This document shows, piece after piece, positions 1 through 9,587 of a stretch of DNA of 64,000 bases. A program made the translations under genes and the position numbers. The notes below the pieces were generated by a model, which did not search any database, had not been told where the DNA came from, and saw only the letters and a list, made by a program, of their open reading frames with translations. This DNA is from Myxococcota bacterium (GTDB taxonomy: Bacteria; Myxococcota_A; UBA9160; UBA4427): positions 3,475,104 through 3,539,103 of the forward strand of contig OZ252299.1 of the NCBI GenBank assembly GCA_965250285.1. Reading direction: 5' to 3'. Within the stretch, counting starts at the first letter, position 1, and every line of letters starts with the position of its first letter.

Positions 1-1
1 C

Positions 2-745
2 CAGGTCGCCGGGCAGGCGCTCGTGGCCGCGTATCGCACGGTCGACGATCGCGCGGTGCACTCGCTGCACTCGTACTTTCTGCGCCCCGGCGATCCGAAC
101 GTGCCCATCATCTACCAGGTCGATCGCCTCCGCGACGGCCGCAGCTTCTGCGCGCGCCGCGTCACGGCGATTCAGCACGGCCAGGCGATCTTCGCGCTCG
201 CGGCCTCTTTTCAGGCGCCCGAAGACAGCTTCGAGCACCAGGCGCCCATGCCCGACACGACGCCTCCCGAAGAGCTGCCCACGTTCGCGGAGCGCATCGC
301 GCAGCGAATCGCCGCCGGAGAGAAAGAAGAGCCGTGGATGCGGCGCCCCCGGCCCATCGACACGCGCATGGTCGAGCCGGTCATGGACTACACCGGCAAG
401 GCCATGCAGGCGCCGGTCGGACAGGTGTGGATCCGAGCGAACGGCAAGCTGCCCGACGATCCCGTGCTGCACACCTGCGTGGTCGCCTATGCGTCGGACA
501 TGACGCTCGTCGATACCGCGGCGCGGCCGCATCCGATCGCGTTCGATGAGACGCTCCAGCTCGCGAGCCTCGACCACGCCATGTGGTTCCACCGCCCGTT
601 CCGCGCCGACGAGTGGCTGCTCTACGCGCAGGAGAGTCCGAACATGTCGAATGCCCGCGGCTTCACGACCGCGCGGTTCTTCACCGCCGACGGTCGACTC
701 GCCGTCTCGGTCGCGCAGGAAGGGCTCTTTCGGGTTCGCGACTGA
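2..745 (+). CDS. tesB: acyl-CoA thioesterase II (TesB-like), 5' end cut by window edge
   Basis: The frame is open to the window start. The translation ..GQALVAAYRTVDDRAVHSLHSYFLRPGD..QVDRLRDGRSF..ASDMTLVDTA.. fits the double hot-dog TesB pattern. Stop at 743-745. Confidence 0.8.
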   Translation, partial: QVAGQALVAAYRTVDDRAVHSLHSYFLRPGDPNVPIIYQVDRLRDGRSFCARRVTAIQHGQAIFALAASFQAPEDSFEHQAPMPDTTPPEELPTFAERIAQRIAAGEKEEPWMRRPRPIDTRMVEPVMDYTGKAMQAPVGQVWIRANGKLPDDPVLHTCVVAYASDMTLVDTAARPHPIAFDETLQLASLDHAMWFHRPFRADEWLLYAQESPNMSNARGFTTARFFTADGRLAVSVAQEGLFRVRD

Positions 746-1178
746 GGGCGGGCGCGCTCGATTCCGCCGAAATGTCGAACCGTGGGACGGTTCTGAACGG
801 CCGCTGGGCGCGCGTGCGCGATCGATGGGCACGGATCGAACGTTCTGCACGCAGGCCCATCGCTCGAATGGGCCGATTTCGGCTCATTTCGATCACGGGA
901 TGAGCCGGCTCGAGCGCACACCAGCAACCCCGGTGCAGCTTCGATCCCCCCTCGACCGGCCTGAGTGGGCCGATCGCTCCCCCGATCGAGCGGCCGGGGC
1001 CGGCACGAACGACTCGATCGAGTCCTGTGTGGGCGGTGTGCCGCCCATCCCATCAGCACGTGCTCGCTCGATGTGCAGGCCCCAGCCCGCTCGCCGACGA
1101 AGCGGGCCCGATCAGGGCCGCGGCTGACTCAGAGCGCACTCAGCCCCACGTGACCGCCTTCACATCGTCACAGCGAGT

Positions 1179-1194
1179 TGGCACGGCCGTTGCT
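1179..1194 (+). promoter_or_regulatory. sigma-54 (RpoN) -24/-12 promoter upstream of amtB-glnK
   Basis: TGGCAC-ggccg-TTGCT matches the consensus TGGCAC-N5-TTGCW with canonical GG/GC spacing. It lies about 150 bp upstream of the amtB ATG in a 600-bp intergenic region. Confidence 0.7.
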
Positions 1195-1346
1195 TTATGA
1201 GAACGCGATTCGAGACATCCGGCCTTTGGTTCGCCACGGGGAAGGGTTCCCGGCCGGTTCGAAAGTGAAAGAAAGCACCCAACCAGGATTCGACAGCGAA
1301 AAGGTCGGCCGGCCGCAGAAGCGGCGCCAACCCGAATCACCCCCAC

Positions 1347-2738
1347 ATGGAGATGAAAATGACTCGCAAGCTCGCCCTCATGGCCTTGACCGGTGCACTC
1401 GTCGTGCCCGGGCTGGCGCTGGCCGACGACGGGATCAGCCCCGGCACGTTCGTGGCCAACAACGTGTGGATGATGCTGGCCGCCGCGCTGGTGTTCATCA
1501 TGCACCTTGGCTTCTCGATGGTCGAGACCGGCCTCACACGCGCCAAGAACACGGTGAACATCCTCTTCAAGAACGTGTTCATCATCTGCGCCGGCATCCT
1601 CACCTACTACATCATGGGCTTCAACCTGATGTACCCCGGTGACTTCAACGGCTTCGTCGGCTTCGCAGGCTTCGGCCTCGGCGCGGGCTTCGACCCCGAG
1701 TCGGTCACCACGGCCTACGCCGACGGTGGCTACACGTACTGGACCGACTTCCTCTTCCAGGCGATGTTCGCTGCGACCGCGGCGACGATCGTCTCCGGTG
1801 CCGTGGCCGAGCGCATCAAGCTCACCTCGTTCATGGTCTTCGTGATCCCGTTCGTCATGGTCGTCTACACGATCGCGGGCAGCTGGAAGTGGGGCGGTGG
1901 CTTCCTCGACGGCATGGGCTTCTACGACTTCGCGGGTTCGACGCTCGTGCACTCGGTCGGTGGTTGGGGCGCGCTCGTCGGCATCCTCTTCCTCGGACCG
2001 CGCCTCGGCAAGTACGCCAAGGATGGCCGCATGACGCCGATTCCCGGCTCGAGCATGCCTTCGGCCACGATCGGCGTGTTCCTGCTCTGGCTCGGATGGT
2101 TCGGCTTCAACGGCGGCTCGGTGCTGTCGGCTGACCCGGCCCTGACCTCGTTCGTGCTCGTCACGACCTGCCTCGCTGCGGCCGCCGGCGGCCTGGGCGC
2201 GATGCTCGCCTACTCGTTCGTGAGCTCGAAGCCCGACCTCTCGATGTCGCTGAACGGCATCCTGGCCGGCCTCGTGGGCATCACGGCCGGTGCGGACGTG
2301 ATCAACCCGCTCGCCGCGATCTTCGTCGGTGCCGTCGCCGGTGCCCTCGTCGTGGCTTCGGTCATCACCTTCGACAAGCTCAAGATCGACGATCCGGTCG
2401 GTGCGACCTCGGTCCACCTCACGTGCGGCATCTGGGGCACGCTGGCCGTCGGCATCTTCTCGACGAACCCCGATCACAGCTTCATGACCCAGCTCATCGG
2501 CGTGGGGGCCTACGCGATCTTCACGGTGATCTGCTCGGCGATCATCTTCGGTGCGATCAAGGCCACGATCGGCCTGCGCGTCAGCGAAGAAGAGGAGATC
2601 GAGGGTCTCGACCTGGGCGAGCACGGCATGCACGCCTACGACATCGCTCCCAGCACGGGCCCGTTCGACGACGCCCACCTCCGAGGGGCCGGCAGCGCTG
2701 CCGCCGTCGCCTCGACCAAGCTGGCGACCGAGAGTTAA
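1347..2738 (+). CDS. amtB: ammonium transporter (Amt/MEP/Rh family)
   Basis: 463-aa ORF with a signal-like N-terminus and about 11 hydrophobic segments. Amt motifs are present: FIMHLGFSMVETGLTRAKN, DFAGSTLVHSVGGWGALVG, SVHLTCGIWGTLAVG. Alternative ATGs at 1353 and 1359. Confidence 0.93.
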   Translation: MEMKMTRKLALMALTGALVVPGLALADDGISPGTFVANNVWMMLAAALVFIMHLGFSMVETGLTRAKNTVNILFKNVFIICAGILTYYIMGFNLMYPGDFNGFVGFAGFGLGAGFDPESVTTAYADGGYTYWTDFLFQAMFAATAATIVSGAVAERIKLTSFMVFVIPFVMVVYTIAGSWKWGGGFLDGMGFYDFAGSTLVHSVGGWGALVGILFLGPRLGKYAKDGRMTPIPGSSMPSATIGVFLLWLGWFGFNGGSVLSADPALTSFVLVTTCLAAAAGGLGAMLAYSFVSSKPDLSMSLNGILAGLVGITAGADVINPLAAIFVGAVAGALVVASVITFDKLKIDDPVGATSVHLTCGIWGTLAVGIFSTNPDHSFMTQLIGVGAYAIFTVICSAIIFGAIKATIGLRVSEEEEIEGLDLGEHGMHAYDIAPSTGPFDDAHLRGAGSAAAVASTKLATES

Positions 2739-2771
2739 CGCGGGGGCAACAAGAGCCGGGGGGCTCGGTGA

Positions 2772-3179
<408 letters not shown>

Positions 3180-3208
3180 TCGCGACGGTCGACCAGGGAC
3201 GACCAAGA

Positions 3209-3248
3209 GGGCCGGCGATGCGTTGCATCGTCGGCCCTCACTCTTTCT
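3209..3248. terminator. hairpin terminator between convergent glnK and the oxidoreductase gene
   Basis: GGGCCGGCGATGC-gtt-GCATCGTCGGCCC forms a 13-bp stem with one mismatch, followed by CACTCTTTCT. Confidence 0.55.
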
Positions 3249-3265
3249 GGACGCCGCCCCCGGCG

Positions 3266-4255
3266 TCAGGGCTCGACGACGAGCTTGCCGACGGTGCGGC
3301 GCTCGTCGAGCGCGATCAGCGCCTCGCTGACGCCCTCGAGCGGCACACGCATCTGGATCAGCGGCCGGATCGCGCCCGTCGAGTACAGCTCGGCACAGCC
3401 GCGGAAGGCCTCGGCCATCTTCTCGGGGGCATGGTCACGGTAGGCGGGCCAGTGAAGCCCCGTGACCGCGATGTTCTTGAGCATGATCCGGTTGGCCCGG
3501 ATCTCGGGAATCGTCCCCGACGCGAAGCCGACCACGACGAGGCGGCCATCCCACGCGATGCACTTGAGCGAGCGCTCGAAGACGTCGCCGCCGACCGGAT
3601 CGAAGATCACATCGGCGCCGCGTCCATCCGTCTCACGCTTCACCGCCTCGACGAGATCGTCGGCCCCTGAGTCGAGCCCGACGTCGGCGCCCGCATCGCG
3701 CGCGACATCGAGCTTGTCGGCGCCGCTGGCCGTCGCGATGACCCGCGCACCGAGCGCGCAGCCGATCTGAACCGCGGCCAGGCCGGTGGCACCGGCCGCA
3801 GCATGTACGAGCAACGTCTCGCCGGGTTGGAGCGCCCCGCGAAAGACGAGACCTGCGTACGCGGTCGGGTACACGATCGGCAGGGCGGCGCCTTCATCGA
3901 AGGGCATGCCTTCGGGCATCACGGTCGCAAGGGCATCCGCGACGACGACCTGCTCGGCAAAGGCGCCCGTCCCCGTCAGCGCGAAGACCCGTTGCCCGAC
4001 GCGATCGCTCGGCACGCCCGGCCCGACCGCGACCACCTCGCCCGCGGCCTCGCGACCGAGAATGAAGGGGAGCGGTGGCTTCTCCTGATACTTGCCCCGC
4101 ATCAGGAGTAGATCCGAGAAGTTGCACGCGGCCGCGCGCACGCGAATCGCGAGCTCGCCGTCTCCGGGCTCGGGGGGGTCGATCTCGCTCACCCGAAGAT
4201 CTCCGGGCTCCATCAATCGATCGATCACGATCGCGCGCACGGTCTGCTCCTCCAT
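3266..4255 (-). CDS. NADPH:quinone oxidoreductase / zinc-type alcohol dehydrogenase-like (MDR superfamily)
   Basis: 329 aa. N-terminal GroES-like region (..ELAIRVRAAACNFSDLLLMRGKYQ..), Rossmann motif VHAAAGATGLAAVQIG, C-terminal ..TVGKLVV. Confidence 0.85.
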   Translation of the reverse strand: MEEQTVRAIVIDRLMEPGDLRVSEIDPPEPGDGELAIRVRAAACNFSDLLLMRGKYQEKPPLPFILGREAAGEVVAVGPGVPSDRVGQRVFALTGTGAFAEQVVVADALATVMPEGMPFDEGAALPIVYPTAYAGLVFRGALQPGETLLVHAAAGATGLAAVQIGCALGARVIATASGADKLDVARDAGADVGLDSGADDLVEAVKRETDGRGADVIFDPVGGDVFERSLKCIAWDGRLVVVGFASGTIPEIRANRIMLKNIAVTGLHWPAYRDHAPEKMAEAFRGCAELYSTGAIRPLIQMRVPLEGVSEALIALDERRTVGKLVVEP

Positions 4256-4452
4256 GGCCCGAGACGGTCGCGGGGCGCCGATTCTACCGGGGCCGCTCGC
4301 GGTCGAGCCACTCTCGACGCCGGCGACGCAGACGACACGGGCAGCGACACCGCCCGGGCCGGGGGCGAGAAGCGTGCCGCGCTGGCTCGCCGACCGAACC
4401 CGTTACACTCGACGTCCGTCTCACACCTCGACCGCTCTCCAAGCGAGGCCCC

Positions 4453-5511
4453 ATGCCGAAGATGTGCTCGTCCCTGCGCTCGATTCGTACCCAGGCGAGG
4501 GGCCTCGCGCTCGTCGCGCTGGTTGCCCTCATGGCGGCCGCGCCGCTCGGTTGCGCGAGCGACGGCAAGGCGAAGTCGCCGCCCGCCGGGCCGGGCCCGG
4601 ACGCGCTGGCGCTCAAGGAGGCGCTCGGTGCCGGGCCGGTGCCCGCCGACCCGCTCTTCTGGCGCGTGACGCCGGACGGCGGCGCGACGCTCTACCTGCT
4701 CGGATCGATCCACTTCGGCCCGCCCGCTGGCTGGCAGCTCTCAGGCCCGGTCGTCGACGCATTCAATGGCAGCGGCACGCTCGTGGTCGAGGCCGATGAT
4801 CGCGGCATCGACCAGAATCAGATGCAGTCGATCATCATCCGGCACGCGCTGAACCCACCCGGCTCGACGCTGCGAGACATGGTGTCGGTGGAGACATACG
4901 GCAAGCTCGAAGCGTACTTGAGGGCACGCGGCGAGAGCGTCGACACGATGCAGCCCTTTCGACCCTGGATGGTCGCGACGGTGCTGACGATGAGCACCGT
5001 CAACGAGCTCGGCTTCTCAGCCGAGACCGGCGTCGACCGCACCCTCCTCGGCAACGCAGGCGAGCGCGAGGTGATCCCGCTCGAAACGATCGAGTCTCAG
5101 CTCGAGATCTTCAGTCGGCTGTCGCCGCAGCTCGACGCACTCTTCCTGAAGGACACCCTCGACCAGCTCGGTGAGGCCGGCACGATGCTGCTCGACATGG
5201 CCCAGGATTGGCGCGTCGGCGACGAGCCGGGGCTCGCCGAGCTGCTGAGCGAATCGCTGGACAGCGGAGGCGAACTCGCCGAGCTGCACGATTCGCTGAT
5301 CGTCGAACGCAACAAGGCGATGACCCGCGCCCTGGCGGCGCTCGCACGCGACCCGAACCGAGCGGGGCAGGACGTCTTCGTGGTCGTCGGGGCCGCGCAC
5401 TTCGTCGGCGAAGCGAACATTCGACAGATGCTCGAGCGCGACTACGACCTGACGTCGACCGCGCTGCCCTCGGCGGTGGCTGCGACCGACGGGTCCCGCC
5501 GTGGCCACTGA
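4453..5511 (+). CDS. TraB/GumN family lipoprotein
   Basis: The internal ATG at 4453 gives a signal peptide plus lipobox (LMAAAPLGCASDG). The family motif LYLLGSIHFGP is present. The track ORF from 4075 is an upstream frame extension. Confidence 0.75.
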   Translation: MPKMCSSLRSIRTQARGLALVALVALMAAAPLGCASDGKAKSPPAGPGPDALALKEALGAGPVPADPLFWRVTPDGGATLYLLGSIHFGPPAGWQLSGPVVDAFNGSGTLVVEADDRGIDQNQMQSIIIRHALNPPGSTLRDMVSVETYGKLEAYLRARGESVDTMQPFRPWMVATVLTMSTVNELGFSAETGVDRTLLGNAGEREVIPLETIESQLEIFSRLSPQLDALFLKDTLDQLGEAGTMLLDMAQDWRVGDEPGLAELLSESLDSGGELAELHDSLIVERNKAMTRALAALARDPNRAGQDVFVVVGAAHFVGEANIRQMLERDYDLTSTALPSAVAATDGSRRGH

Positions 5512-6094
5512 CGCTGACACCGAAGCCCTCGTCTCCATCCACCCGACGGCCTGGTGCGCGCCGGGCGTGCAGATCTACGGCAAGGTGACGATCGACGAAG
5601 AGGTGTCGATCTGGCCGAATGCCGTGATTCGCGCCGAGTGCCACGAGGTCCAGATTGGGCGCTACACGAACCTGCAGGATTTCGTGATGGTGCACGTCGG
5701 GTACGACGCGGGCACGCGCGTCGGTGCGTTCTGTTCGATCACCCACCACGCGACGATCCACGGCTGCACGATCGAGGACGAGTGCCTGATCGGCATCAAC
5801 GCGTGCATCATGGACGGCGCCGTCATCGGTCGCGGCTCGATCGTCGCCGGCAACGCGATGGTGCGCGAGGGCAGCGTCTTTCCGCCCGGCTCCGTGGTCG
5901 CGGGTGTGCCCGCCAAGCAGATCGCCGAACGCGACAACGCCCGCGCGAACCGACTCAATGCGTGGCTCTACCACTTCAACAAGCAGGGCTACGAGCGCGG
6001 CGATCACCGCGTCTGGACGGGCGACGAGTACCGCGCCTGGCTCGCGGAGAAGAAGAAGCAGATCGAAGCGGACCGGGATCTGCTCGGGCTCTAG
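5501..6094 (+). CDS. gamma-carbonic-anhydrase-like / hexapeptide-repeat (LbH) protein
   Basis: Left-handed beta-helix repeats (VSIWPNAVIRAE..VQIGRYTNLQD..ATIHGCTIEDECLIGINACIMDGAVIGRGSIVAGNAMV). The GTG start overlaps the upstream stop by 11 bp. Confidence 0.8.
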   Translation: MATDADTEALVSIHPTAWCAPGVQIYGKVTIDEEVSIWPNAVIRAECHEVQIGRYTNLQDFVMVHVGYDAGTRVGAFCSITHHATIHGCTIEDECLIGINACIMDGAVIGRGSIVAGNAMVREGSVFPPGSVVAGVPAKQIAERDNARANRLNAWLYHFNKQGYERGDHRVWTGDEYRAWLAEKKKQIEADRDLLGL

Positions 6095-6109
6095 CCCGAC
6101 GCGTCGTCG

Positions 6110-7678
6110 CTACACGACGCCCGTCGCGTGCCCGGCCCAGTACGGTGCGCGCAGGTCGCGTTTCATGATCTTGCCCGAGCCGTTGCGCGGGATCTCGCTC
6201 GTGAACGAGACCGAGCGAGGCAGCTTGTAACCGGCCAGGTGCGCCCGCGCCCATTCGACGAGCCCCGCTTCGTCGAGGCCGCTGCCGTCACGCGCGACGA
6301 GCACGGCATGCACGCTCTCGCCCCACTCCTCGCTCGGGATACCGAACACGGCGACGTCCATCACATCGGGGTGCTGGTCGAGCGTCGCCTCGATCTCGGC
6401 GGGATAGATGTTGACCCCGCCCGAGATGATCATGTCCTTCTTTCGATCACAGATGAAGTAGAAGCCCTCATCGTCGAAGTACGCCACATCGCCCACGGTG
6501 TGGTAGTCACCGCGCCGGTCCGCTTCGTACTTGTCTCTGGCCTTGTGGTACTCGCTGAACACGCTGCCGCTGCGCGCGAACAGCTCGCCGCGCTCTCCCG
6601 GCCGGGTCACCTGCCGGCCGTCGTCGTCGAAGAGCGCGAGCTCGACACCGGGGGCCGCGCGACCACACGATCCCTTCTTCGAGCGCTGATGCTCCGGCCG
6701 CAGGATCGTGTTGACGCCCAGCTCGGTCGAGCCGTAGACCTCGAAGAGCGATTCTTCGGGAAAGTCGCTCAGGTAGGCCTCCTTGAGCGCCCAGGACCAC
6801 GGCGCCGCATTGGCGACGAAGACCCGCATGCTCGATCGGTCGTAGCGGCGCTTCACCTCGTCGGGCAGCTGGGTGACGAGCCGAATCGGCGTGGGGGCGC
6901 CGAAGGTGCTCGTCACGCCCCAGCGATCGACCAGGCGCAGCCAATCCTCGGCGTCGAACTTGCGCTGCACGACGACGGTCTGCCCGAGCAGCTGTGCGAT
7001 CGACATGAATCCGCCCGGGCCCGAGTGGTAAAGCGGGCCGGTCGTCAGGTAGACGTCGTCGGCGCCGTAGCCGAACTCGGCGATCAGAGCCTGGGTGATC
7101 TTCGGGTCGCCGAGCCCGCGCCGGACCGCGCCCTTCGGTTTGCCGGTGGTGCCCGACGTGTAGATCATCGTCGCCGCTTCTTCGGCGGCGGCGTCGCCGC
7201 GCCACTCGTCACTCGACGCCACCGCGAGCTTCGCGTCGGCCGACACCATGCCCTCGCCCGGCTCGCCGTCGAAGACCAGTACGTCTCGCAGCTTCGGCGC
7301 CAGCGGTCGCACGTCGGCGAAGAGCGATACGAAGTCGGCGTCGATGTACGCGAGCTCGGCATCGCAGTTGTCCACCACGTAGCCGGCCTCGTCGGCCGCC
7401 AACCGGTAGTTGAGCGGTACGGCGGTGGCGCCGAGCTTGCGCGCCGCGTTCATCATGCGGACGATGCCGGGCGAGTTGAGTCCGCACCAGACGATGCGCG
7501 TCCCTCGGCGGGCGCCGTGATCGGCGAGGACGTGCACCAGCCGATTCGCCTCGGCCTCGAGCTCGGCGAAGGTCCACTGGGTGCAGACGCCGTCGCCCGG
7601 CCGATCGTCGACCACGGCGATCTTCTCGGGCTGCGTTTCGGCCAGGCTGGAGAGCGGATCGCGGCGCGCTTCGGTCAT
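6110..7678 (-). CDS. AMP-dependent acyl-CoA synthetase/ligase
   Basis: 522 aa with the AMP-binding motif IYTSGTTGKPKGA, plus ..YGSTE.. and the C-terminal ..GKIMKRDLR. Confidence 0.9.
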   Translation of the reverse strand: MTEARRDPLSSLAETQPEKIAVVDDRPGDGVCTQWTFAELEAEANRLVHVLADHGARRGTRIVWCGLNSPGIVRMMNAARKLGATAVPLNYRLAADEAGYVVDNCDAELAYIDADFVSLFADVRPLAPKLRDVLVFDGEPGEGMVSADAKLAVASSDEWRGDAAAEEAATMIYTSGTTGKPKGAVRRGLGDPKITQALIAEFGYGADDVYLTTGPLYHSGPGGFMSIAQLLGQTVVVQRKFDAEDWLRLVDRWGVTSTFGAPTPIRLVTQLPDEVKRRYDRSSMRVFVANAAPWSWALKEAYLSDFPEESLFEVYGSTELGVNTILRPEHQRSKKGSCGRAAPGVELALFDDDGRQVTRPGERGELFARSGSVFSEYHKARDKYEADRRGDYHTVGDVAYFDDEGFYFICDRKKDMIISGGVNIYPAEIEATLDQHPDVMDVAVFGIPSEEWGESVHAVLVARDGSGLDEAGLVEWARAHLAGYKLPRSVSFTSEIPRNGSGKIMKRDLRAPYWAGHATGVV

Positions 7679-7795
7679 CGCGGTCTCCCGTTCGCGGCGC
7701 GCCCACGGGCGCGCCGTCGCACGGCGAACGTAGCGATGCGTGGGGGGCCGTGACCGCCTCGAGGGACGGGTCTGCTCGTGGGTCCTTCGCCGGCG

Positions 7796-8653
7796 TCAGC
7801 GAGAGGGGGGCGTGCGCTCCGACGAGGGCGTGGGCGAGGGCGAGGGCGAGCCTGCCGGGGCCTGCCCCAGCGAGGCCGGCCGCGTGGCGCGCTCGGGTGC
7901 GGACGCGCGCGCAGGCGCCGCGATGCCCCCGAAGACGAGGTCGACCCCGCGTCGAATCGCATCGAGACAGGCGTCGTCGCCGAGCAGACCGTGCGCCCAC
8001 GGCACCCGGGCGCCTTCGGTCACATGGAAGATCACTCGCGCCGCCTCCATGACGTCGACGCCCTTCGCGAGATCCTTGTTGCGCATGCGACCCATCTGCA
8101 GAATCTCCATCACGAGACCCACCGTGCGGTCGTGCAGCTTGAGCACGTCGCGGGCGACACGCTGATCGGGCTTCGTGATTGCGCGCATCGCGATCGTCGT
8201 AAAGTCACGATCGGCGACGAAGAGCTCGTGCTGCGTCACGAGAAAGGCGTAGAGGCGCTCGCGGGTCGGCGCGTTGCGGTCGTCGCGCTTGCGGAAGCTG
8301 AGCCACGCGTCCTCTTGGAGCCGCGCCAGCTCGTCGACGAGCAGCTCTTCTTTGCTGCGCACATGGCGGTAGATCGAACTCGCACCCATGCCGGCGCGCC
8401 GCGCGATCTCGCGCAGCGTGGCGCCGTCGAAGCCCCGCTCTCGAAAGAGCTCGATGGCGGCCGCGCGAATGCGATCGCGACTCTTGCGGCCGCGCACCAG
8501 CCGCCCGTCGTCGGCGCGCAGCTGCGTGCTGCGCGCGCCCGGGTCGCGCGGCCGGGCCTCGGTGGCCGGTCTGGATTGCTGGAAGGCGTCGCTACGGGCC
8601 TCGCCCGCCGCCGGCACCCCCCCAAGTGCACCGGTGTTGCGATTCACGTCCAT
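7796..8653 (-). CDS. TetR/AcrR family transcriptional regulator
   Basis: HTH IRAAAIELFRERGFDGATLREIARRAGMGASSIYRHVRSKEELL. I chose the start at the ATG 8653 (MDVNRN..) rather than the track start 8776. Lies upstream of the acyl-CoA ligase. Confidence 0.85.
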   Translation of the reverse strand: MDVNRNTGALGGVPAAGEARSDAFQQSRPATEARPRDPGARSTQLRADDGRLVRGRKSRDRIRAAAIELFRERGFDGATLREIARRAGMGASSIYRHVRSKEELLVDELARLQEDAWLSFRKRDDRNAPTRERLYAFLVTQHELFVADRDFTTIAMRAITKPDQRVARDVLKLHDRTVGLVMEILQMGRMRNKDLAKGVDVMEAARVIFHVTEGARVPWAHGLLGDDACLDAIRRGVDLVFGGIAAPARASAPERATRPASLGQAPAGSPSPSPTPSSERTPPSR

Positions 8654-8780
8654 CTGGCGAAGAAGGATCGCATAGCTGCGGCGATCCGTCAGGTCGCCGG
8701 GCGTCGCACGCACCCGACGCCCTCGGCAGCCGCCGACCGGGGCGCCTACCCTCGCCCGCCGCGGACCCGACGGCACGCCC

Positions 8781-8850
8781 GATACGCCTGATACGCCTGA
8801 TACGCCTGATACGCCCGATACGCCCGATACGCCCGATACGCCCGATACGA
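8781..8850. repeat. 9-bp tandem repeat, 7.8 copies (GATACGCCT x3, then GATACGCCC x4, then GATACGA)
   Basis: Read directly from the sequence. The array ends at the GAGGAG RBS of the MaoC-like gene (ATG 8860). Confidence 0.95.
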
Positions 8851-8859
8851 GAGGAGCCC

Positions 8860-9321
8860 ATGCGGACGATCTACTTCGAAGACTACGGGCCTGGCTGGTC
8901 GTCGACGGGGGGCGCCTATCGCGTCACCGAAGCCGAGGTGCTCGAGTTCGGCGCTCGCTTCGACCACCGCCCCTTCCACACCGATCGTGCGGCCGCCGAA
9001 GCGACGCACTTCGGTGGGCTGATCGCGCCCGGCTGCCTGGTCTTCTGCATCCGCACGCGGCTCGGCCTCGAGCAGGACAGCGTGCCCGACCTCATCGCCG
9101 GCCTCGGCACGGACGAGATGTCGCTGCTCGAACCGGTGCGACCCGGGGACGTGTTGAGCCTGCGGCAGGATTTCGTCGACGCGCGCCCATCGCGGTCGAA
9201 GACCGACCGCGGTCTCGTCCGAGTGCGCAGCACCGTGACGAACCAGCGCGGCGAACCGGTGATGACGATGGTGGCGAAGCTCCTCGTGCGCAGACGGAGC
9301 GCGGTCGCCAGCGGCGACTGA
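8860..9321 (+). CDS. MaoC-like (R)-hydratase / hot-dog fold dehydratase
   Basis: 153 aa starting MRTIYFEDYGPGW.., 3 nt after GAGGAG (spacer CCC). Contains ..FGARFDHRPFHTDRAAAEATHFGGLIAPG.., a MaoC-type pattern. Confidence 0.8.
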   Translation: MRTIYFEDYGPGWSSTGGAYRVTEAEVLEFGARFDHRPFHTDRAAAEATHFGGLIAPGCLVFCIRTRLGLEQDSVPDLIAGLGTDEMSLLEPVRPGDVLSLRQDFVDARPSRSKTDRGLVRVRSTVTNQRGEPVMTMVAKLLVRRRSAVASGD

Positions 9322-9587
9322 AGGCAATCCAGGGCCGTGAGCCGGACGGTGCGACACGCTCCACGCGCGTTGCGCCTCGCCACCCTGCCATCCAGCACGC
9401 ACGCAGGTCCTGGATGCAAGAAGGCCGAGCCTGGCGGCCCGGCCTTCGCGCGCCGGATCGACCCTTCCCAGAAGGATCCGGCACAGGCGGCTCCGCTCAC
9501 GGGGCCGCGACTCCACTATACGCCCACGCCCCGGGCGCGACGCAAGCGAAATCGCGCGACCGGCGCTCGCTGATCCCTTCGGGCTCC

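Noticed and set aside
8626-8859. An N-terminal extension of the MaoC ORF would translate the 9-bp repeat as (IRL/IRP)n.
   Set aside because: A strong GAGGAG RBS sits 3 nt (spacer CCC) before the internal ATG 8860. The resulting 153-aa product has the normal MaoC size, and the extension has a shadow-frame composition.
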